This document shows positions 59,027-64,000 of a DNA stretch of 64,000 bases, one piece after another. Both the position numbers and the translations under genes were made by a program. The stretch is from NCBI GenBank assembly GCA_035946335.1, contig DASYZL010000011.1, positions 3,569 to 67,568 on the forward strand, written 5' to 3'. Under the pieces are notes generated by a model. That model was not told the origin of the DNA. It was given only the letters and a program-made list of their open reading frames with translations, and searched no databases. Position 1 is the stretch's first letter. Each line of letters starts with the position of its first letter. This stretch comes from Patescibacteria group bacterium. Lineage in GTDB: Bacteria > Patescibacteriota > Microgenomatia > Levybacterales > UBA12049.

Positions 59027-60847
59027 ATGGCACAAAGTTCACTTCTCAACACACTAAATCCGGAGCAAAAAGAAGCAGTTTTGACAACTGAAGGGACGAC
59101 AATTATTTTGGCAGGTGCAGGAAGCGGGAAAACACGGGTGTTAACGTATAAAGTATGGTATCTTATCCAAGAAAAACATGTTGATCCCGCCCACATCATT
59201 TGCCTCACATTTACCAATAAGGCAGCACAGGAAATGAAAGATCGGGTCGATGCCATGCTTGAAGGTACAGATAAGCCGCTTATTACGACATTCCATTCCT
59301 TATGTGCTCGTATCTTACGAAAAGACGGACAACGGGTTGGTCTTTCTCCGTCATTTGTCATTTATGATTCGCTTGACCAGCTTGATGTAGTGAAAGAAGC
59401 ACTGGGAGAACTTGGGCTCAACCCGAAAGAATACAAACCAGGAACCTTGCGTGCGATGATCAGTAGCGCAAAAAACGAACTGATAACACCAGATCAATAT
59501 GCAGGTTTTGCCAGAGGTCATTTTCAAGAAGTAGCAGCACGTGTCTACAAGCGTTATCAAGTGCTCCTCAGCCAAAATAATGCCGTTGATTTCGATGATT
59601 TATTGCTTTTGACAGTACGATTGTTCCAGGAGCATGCACCGGTACTTGAAAAATACCAGGAACAATTTCATTACATTCTTGTCGATGAGTATCAAGATAC
59701 GAATAAAGCCCAGTATCATTTGACAAAACTCTTAGGAGAAAGATGGAAAAATATTTGCGTTGTCGGTGATTTTTCCCAAAGTATTTACTCATGGCGGGGC
59801 GCTGATTTTCAGAACCTGTCAAAATTTACCCGCGATTTTTCTGGTACACAAACGCTCAAACTTTCCCAAAACTACCGTTCAACGCAAAAAATTCTCGATG
59901 CAGCAAGCGCAGTTATTTCCCACAACACGACGCATCCGGTATTGTCTTTATGGACTGAGAATCCTGACGGAGAAGATGTACTCATCTATGAGGCGCGTAA
60001 CGAACAGGAAGAGGTGACATATATTGTTAATTTCCTTCAACAAAACGGGAGCGATAACTTATCGGGTGTTGCTGTATTATACCGAACAAATGCGCAGTCA
60101 CGGGTTGTTGAAGAAGTATTATTGCATTTTGGTATTCCCTATACATTAGTTGGTGGTACACGGTTCTACGAAAGGAAAGAAATCAAGGATGTGCTTGCCT
60201 ATCTTCGCCTGCTTGTCAATCCAAAAGATATGGTTTCATACAAGCGGATCGAGAAATTGGGCAAGGGGCGATTAGGAAAATTCATTGAACTGCAAGGCGA
60301 GATAGATGATACGTCTTCAGATGTAACATTAGATTTTCTTGATATGGTTATGCAGCGAACTGGTTATCTCGAGCTATATGATGAAAATGATGAAGAGGAT
60401 AGAATTCGGCTGGAAAATATCAGGGAGTTACGTTCTGTTGCTACAACATTTCCAAATCTACAACAGTTTTTGGAAAATGTTTCCCTGGTTGAGCAGGAAT
60501 ATATACCGCAAACACCGTTAGGAGAAAAACGCAACGCATTAACGTTAATGACATTACATGCGGCAAAAGGATTGGAATTTCCTGTTGTATTTATGATCGG
60601 AATGGAAGAAGGACTATTTCCTCACAGCAGATCATTACTGGAAAAGAATGAATTGGAAGAAGAGAGACGACTCTGCTATGTGGGTATGACTCGGGCGAAG
60701 AAAAAATTATTCTTAACGTATACGCGAAAACGGCTTTTTTTTGGGCAACGTACGGCAAATACTATTTCCCGATTTCTCTTAGAACTCCCGGCAGGCGTTT
60801 TTTCCCAGGAAGAAAAATATACGCTGCATGAGCCAGAATACCTATGA
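59027..60847 (+). CDS. pcrA: UvrD/PcrA helicase
   Basis: AGAGSGKT, DEYQD, NYRS, TLHAAKGLE, EEERRLCYVGMTRA. Confidence 0.95.
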   Translation: MAQSSLLNTLNPEQKEAVLTTEGTTIILAGAGSGKTRVLTYKVWYLIQEKHVDPAHIICLTFTNKAAQEMKDRVDAMLEGTDKPLITTFHSLCARILRKDGQRVGLSPSFVIYDSLDQLDVVKEALGELGLNPKEYKPGTLRAMISSAKNELITPDQYAGFARGHFQEVAARVYKRYQVLLSQNNAVDFDDLLLLTVRLFQEHAPVLEKYQEQFHYILVDEYQDTNKAQYHLTKLLGERWKNICVVGDFSQSIYSWRGADFQNLSKFTRDFSGTQTLKLSQNYRSTQKILDAASAVISHNTTHPVLSLWTENPDGEDVLIYEARNEQEEVTYIVNFLQQNGSDNLSGVAVLYRTNAQSRVVEEVLLHFGIPYTLVGGTRFYERKEIKDVLAYLRLLVNPKDMVSYKRIEKLGKGRLGKFIELQGEIDDTSSDVTLDFLDMVMQRTGYLELYDENDEEDRIRLENIRELRSVATTFPNLQQFLENVSLVEQEYIPQTPLGEKRNALTLMTLHAAKGLEFPVVFMIGMEEGLFPHSRSLLEKNELEEERRLCYVGMTRAKKKLFLTYTRKRLFFGQRTANTISRFLLELPAGVFSQEEKYTLHEPEYL

Positions 60848-61899
60848 CAGTCAAAACGCTCACGGAAAAGGACAAAACTCTTATCAATGCTTTGGCAACA
60901 CACCCGCTACAGTCTTATGAATGGGGAGAGTTTCGAAAGACAACAGGCGTAAAAGTCATCAGGAAAGGAATATTTGATGAGAAAAAATGTGTTACAGCGT
61001 TTCAAATGACACTTCACCCAATCCCTTATACAAATCTTACGATTGGTTACATTCCCAAAGGAGCCATGCCAACAAGGGAAATGGTTGCAGCAATTCAAGA
61101 AGTAGCAAGAGAAAATAGGTGTATATTTGTGCAGCTTGAGCCGAATGTCTTTGATTCGAAAGAAAATAAGCAAAAACTGTTTGCATTGCATTTGCAGCCA
61201 TCTGCGCATCCATTGTTTACCAGATACACATTCCATCTTAATCTTTCGGAAACGGAAGCAGTATTACTGAACAATATGCATCAGAAAACCCGTTATAACA
61301 TCCGTGTTGCTCAAAAGCATGGTGTTGTTGTCAAAGAAGAAACATCAGACGATGCGTTTGACACATACTGGCGATTAATGGAAGAAACCGCAAAGCGGCA
61401 ACATTTCTATGCTCACACACAAACATACCATGCATTGATGTGGAAAACATTACGAACAAAAATCGCAGATCGTAAACGAGAGGCGGAAAATGGGCTAACG
61501 TCGCATCTGTTTATTGCTTGGTACAAACCAGAAGGACAATCAAAAGCAATTTCCCTTGCTGCATGGATATTATTTATTTTCCATGACACACTGTACTATC
61601 CTTACGGGGCATCAAGCAGCCAATATCGCAATACAATGGCAAGCAATTTAATGATGTGGGAAGCAATCCGGTTTGGAAAAAAAATGGGGTTGAAAAATTT
61701 AGATATGTGGGGGTCTCTTGGAGAAAACCCTGATCAAACCGATCCATGGTACGGATTTCACCGTTTGAAAATGGGATATAATCCGCGCCTTATCACATTT
61801 ATTGGCAGCTACGACTTAGTTATCAATAGACAATTATATATGTTCTATCTTCTTGCAAATAAGCTACGGTGGTTTATATTAGGTTTCTTTCACCCGTAG
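60844..61899 (+). CDS. FemABX/MurM-family peptidoglycan bridge aminoacyl transferase
   Basis: LQSYEWGEFR, KTRYNIR, YPYGAS, MWEAI. Confidence 0.88.
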   Translation: MTVKTLTEKDKTLINALATHPLQSYEWGEFRKTTGVKVIRKGIFDEKKCVTAFQMTLHPIPYTNLTIGYIPKGAMPTREMVAAIQEVARENRCIFVQLEPNVFDSKENKQKLFALHLQPSAHPLFTRYTFHLNLSETEAVLLNNMHQKTRYNIRVAQKHGVVVKEETSDDAFDTYWRLMEETAKRQHFYAHTQTYHALMWKTLRTKIADRKREAENGLTSHLFIAWYKPEGQSKAISLAAWILFIFHDTLYYPYGASSSQYRNTMASNLMMWEAIRFGKKMGLKNLDMWGSLGENPDQTDPWYGFHRLKMGYNPRLITFIGSYDLVINRQLYMFYLLANKLRWFILGFFHP

Positions 61900-61970
61900 T
61901 TAGCAGGAAGAGAATAAGTGATATTTTTAATAAAATAAATAATTTCCTGATGACAATTTTCTTTGATGCA

Positions 61971-64000
61971 CTACGGTGCAATTTCCTGAAAAAGTGAATT
62001 TGTGTTGCGTGAGGGTTGAGGAAGATTCAAGAGCATATCGACACGATTCGAAACCGTTACTGTTGGACATGAGAGGTCCTGGTTGCAAAGATCCCGTAAC
62101 ATCTGAAAACTTCCCCCTGTATTTACTGCATTCGTAATGACTGCTCCCTGTACATTTAGTTTAAGGTCAAGAGGCTTGCCGGTATTGGCATCACAATGTT
62201 GCCCGATACCATATTGCGACGCAACGATAAACGAGCCATCTGTTGTAAATAAGCCTTCAAGATCCCCGGCAAGTGAGGTTACCGTGTTTTCGCCAACAGT
62301 TGGGGCAACAGTCATATCTCCAGTTGTTGAGAAAATATCCTCAGTACCTGCTGGATCTATAATGCTTCCGTTGAACATGAGTGATCCGTTGATAAGAAAA
62401 ATGTATGCATTTGATGTATTTCCGGAACTTACCGGGAATGTATATGGTGCAGCGTCCATAGAAACCGGTCCTGTCGCTTCATAAACACCAGGCTGAAGAT
62501 TTGCGGGCAGAACACAATCAGACAGCGTACAGTAATTAGAAAGTAGGTTGTAAGGAGTACCGGCACTTTGTATATTTGCTATCAGTGATTCGTATGAGGT
62601 TGCAATAGCATTTTGCATCCGTGGCGAAAATACTTCTCCGTATTGCGTACCGCCAACGATCCAGTTATTTGCATTTGCCGTTCCTCCTCCAAGAGCAGGG
62701 TTTGTGTTACCGGAAAATAATACGCCACTACTGTTGGTACAGGTATTATTCGTTATCGTTGCATAAGGGGCTGATGTTCCGCCACAGTTTGCTGATGATG
62801 GAATAAGATCGGTAAAGCCAAAGCTTGAGTCACTCCTGATATCGGCACAAATACCTTGGAGCCAGTGTTCCTGATTTGTTATACCATAATTAGCGCCAAC
62901 CACATTATCATTTGCATCACACAGCGAGGTATTCGATGAAGTTGTGCAATTGGGGCCCACCGTTAGCGTAAAAATGGATGGTGCGGGATTTGTCAGATAA
63001 TAACTGGGAGGAGGCCCATTGTAGGTAGCGGTATATGTGCCAGCTGGTAAACCGCACTGCGAATATGACCCGTTGGTAATGGGAGCGGTATCGGTTATAG
63101 TTCCTCCATTAGGTACGTTCGTTACGGTAACTGTCTGCGCTGAACCTGTGCCAGCATATAGGGTATCAACGCCAGGATCGTATTTATTATTGGCGTTTAC
63201 ATCAACATAATTAAATCCTGATACACAGTAGGTTTGTACAGGACTATTGATACCAAAATTCGTGTTTGGCGCATTTGCATTACTACTGACACAAATATTC
63301 GTAAGAGGATTCGGACTCGTGGATGTGTATCCTGTGGGTACAACTATGGAAACAGTATAACAGTCAGTCCGCAAATTGATAAGCGAATATGTTCCATCAG
63401 GATAGGTAGTAACGGTATACTGCTTATCAATATTGCCATTAGTGTATGATGTTGCGGTTACGCTTGTGCCACCAGTATAGCCTATTTCGCCGTTGTCAAG
63501 AATGCCATTCCCATCGCTGTCTATGAATACAGTTCCTGAAATAACATTTTCATTTTCATAAATACCAAAATCTACCGTCGCGCCTGAATTCGTGATCGTG
63601 ACACACTGCGGGTCAGTTGAGGTTTCGGTAAAACTGTTTGGTGTTGGTAGCTTTAATGTAACGCACCAGTTTCCGTTTCCCAGACCGGTAATACTGTAAT
63701 TTCCTGAACCATCTGTTTGCCCAGATACTGTCTGGTTTCCTTTCGTTGCCTTAACTGTTGCAGGGCCCTTATTTGTTCCACCTTCCCATCCGTCATACCC
63801 GTACTCACCATAGTCCAGGATGCCGTTTTGGTTAGCATCTAGAAATACTTCACCTGAAATTGTATTTGCCGAAGCTTGTGTATAATATCCTATATCCAGA
63901 TCGTTCACATCATTCGTTGAAGTACAGTTCGCGTCTTTGTTTCCTCCAACATTACATCCAGAACCGGTTTTTACTCTGTATGATGGTGCAATATATCCGT
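61971..64000 (-). CDS. Large Cys-rich surface protein with SdrD B-like repeats (5' end outside window)
   Basis: GEVFLDANQNG, GTVFIDSDGNG, GFNYVDVNANN repeats; frame stays open to the window edge. Confidence 0.85.
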   Translation of the reverse strand, partial: GYIAPSYRVKTGSGCNVGGNKDANCTSTNDVNDLDIGYYTQASANTISGEVFLDANQNGILDYGEYGYDGWEGGTNKGPATVKATKGNQTVSGQTDGSGNYSITGLGNGNWCVTLKLPTPNSFTETSTDPQCVTITNSGATVDFGIYENENVISGTVFIDSDGNGILDNGEIGYTGGTSVTATSYTNGNIDKQYTVTTYPDGTYSLINLRTDCYTVSIVVPTGYTSTSPNPLTNICVSSNANAPNTNFGINSPVQTYCVSGFNYVDVNANNKYDPGVDTLYAGTGSAQTVTVTNVPNGGTITDTAPITNGSYSQCGLPAGTYTATYNGPPPSYYLTNPAPSIFTLTVGPNCTTSSNTSLCDANDNVVGANYGITNQEHWLQGICADIRSDSSFGFTDLIPSSANCGGTSAPYATITNNTCTNSSGVLFSGNTNPALGGGTANANNWIVGGTQYGEVFSPRMQNAIATSYESLIANIQSAGTPYNLLSNYCTLSDCVLPANLQPGVYEATGPVSMDAAPYTFPVSSGNTSNAYIFLINGSLMFNGSIIDPAGTEDIFSTTGDMTVAPTVGENTVTSLAGDLEGLFTTDGSFIVASQYGIGQHCDANTGKPLDLKLNVQGAVITNAVNTGGSFQMLRDLCNQDLSCPTVTVSNRVDMLLNLPQPSRNTNSLFQEIAP

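Overview
A 64-kb chromosomal segment from a small-genome bacterium using genetic code 11 (TGA is a stop). Several features point to Patescibacteria/CPR, most likely Microgenomates (inference): VirB2-like pilins, tRNA-Arg(GCG), CCA-less tRNAs, pervasive leaderless genes and large orphan proteins. The core content is groES-groEL; hrcA-grpE-dnaK-(PHP)-dnaJ with a variant CIRCE; metG, tatD, rpsT, murJ, tpiA, pcrA/uvrD and a FemABX-like ligase; pilN/pilO; two envelope-glycosylation clusters; an ApbE/FMN-binding/RnfD-FNR flavinylation operon; and five tRNAs. Accessory blocks follow the tRNA genes. The first (20.1-27.6 kb) has two histidine kinases, two response regulators and a GT4 + glycoside-hydrolase pair. 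Reading its intergenic DNA reveals an 11-bp-period repeat in front of three promoters and two unannotated membrane micro-proteins, a candidate unrecognised two-component regulon. The second (32.2-43.7 kb) encodes large orphan coiled-coil/glycine-zipper proteins, a Ser/Thr kinase-FHA fusion and two neighbouring orphans. Also noted: about 14 leaderless genes, leaderless mini-ORFs abutting SD-less genes, and two small genes each one base short of an intact frame. No CRISPR, rRNA, integrase or transposase was seen. All calls come from reading motifs by eye; no searches were run.
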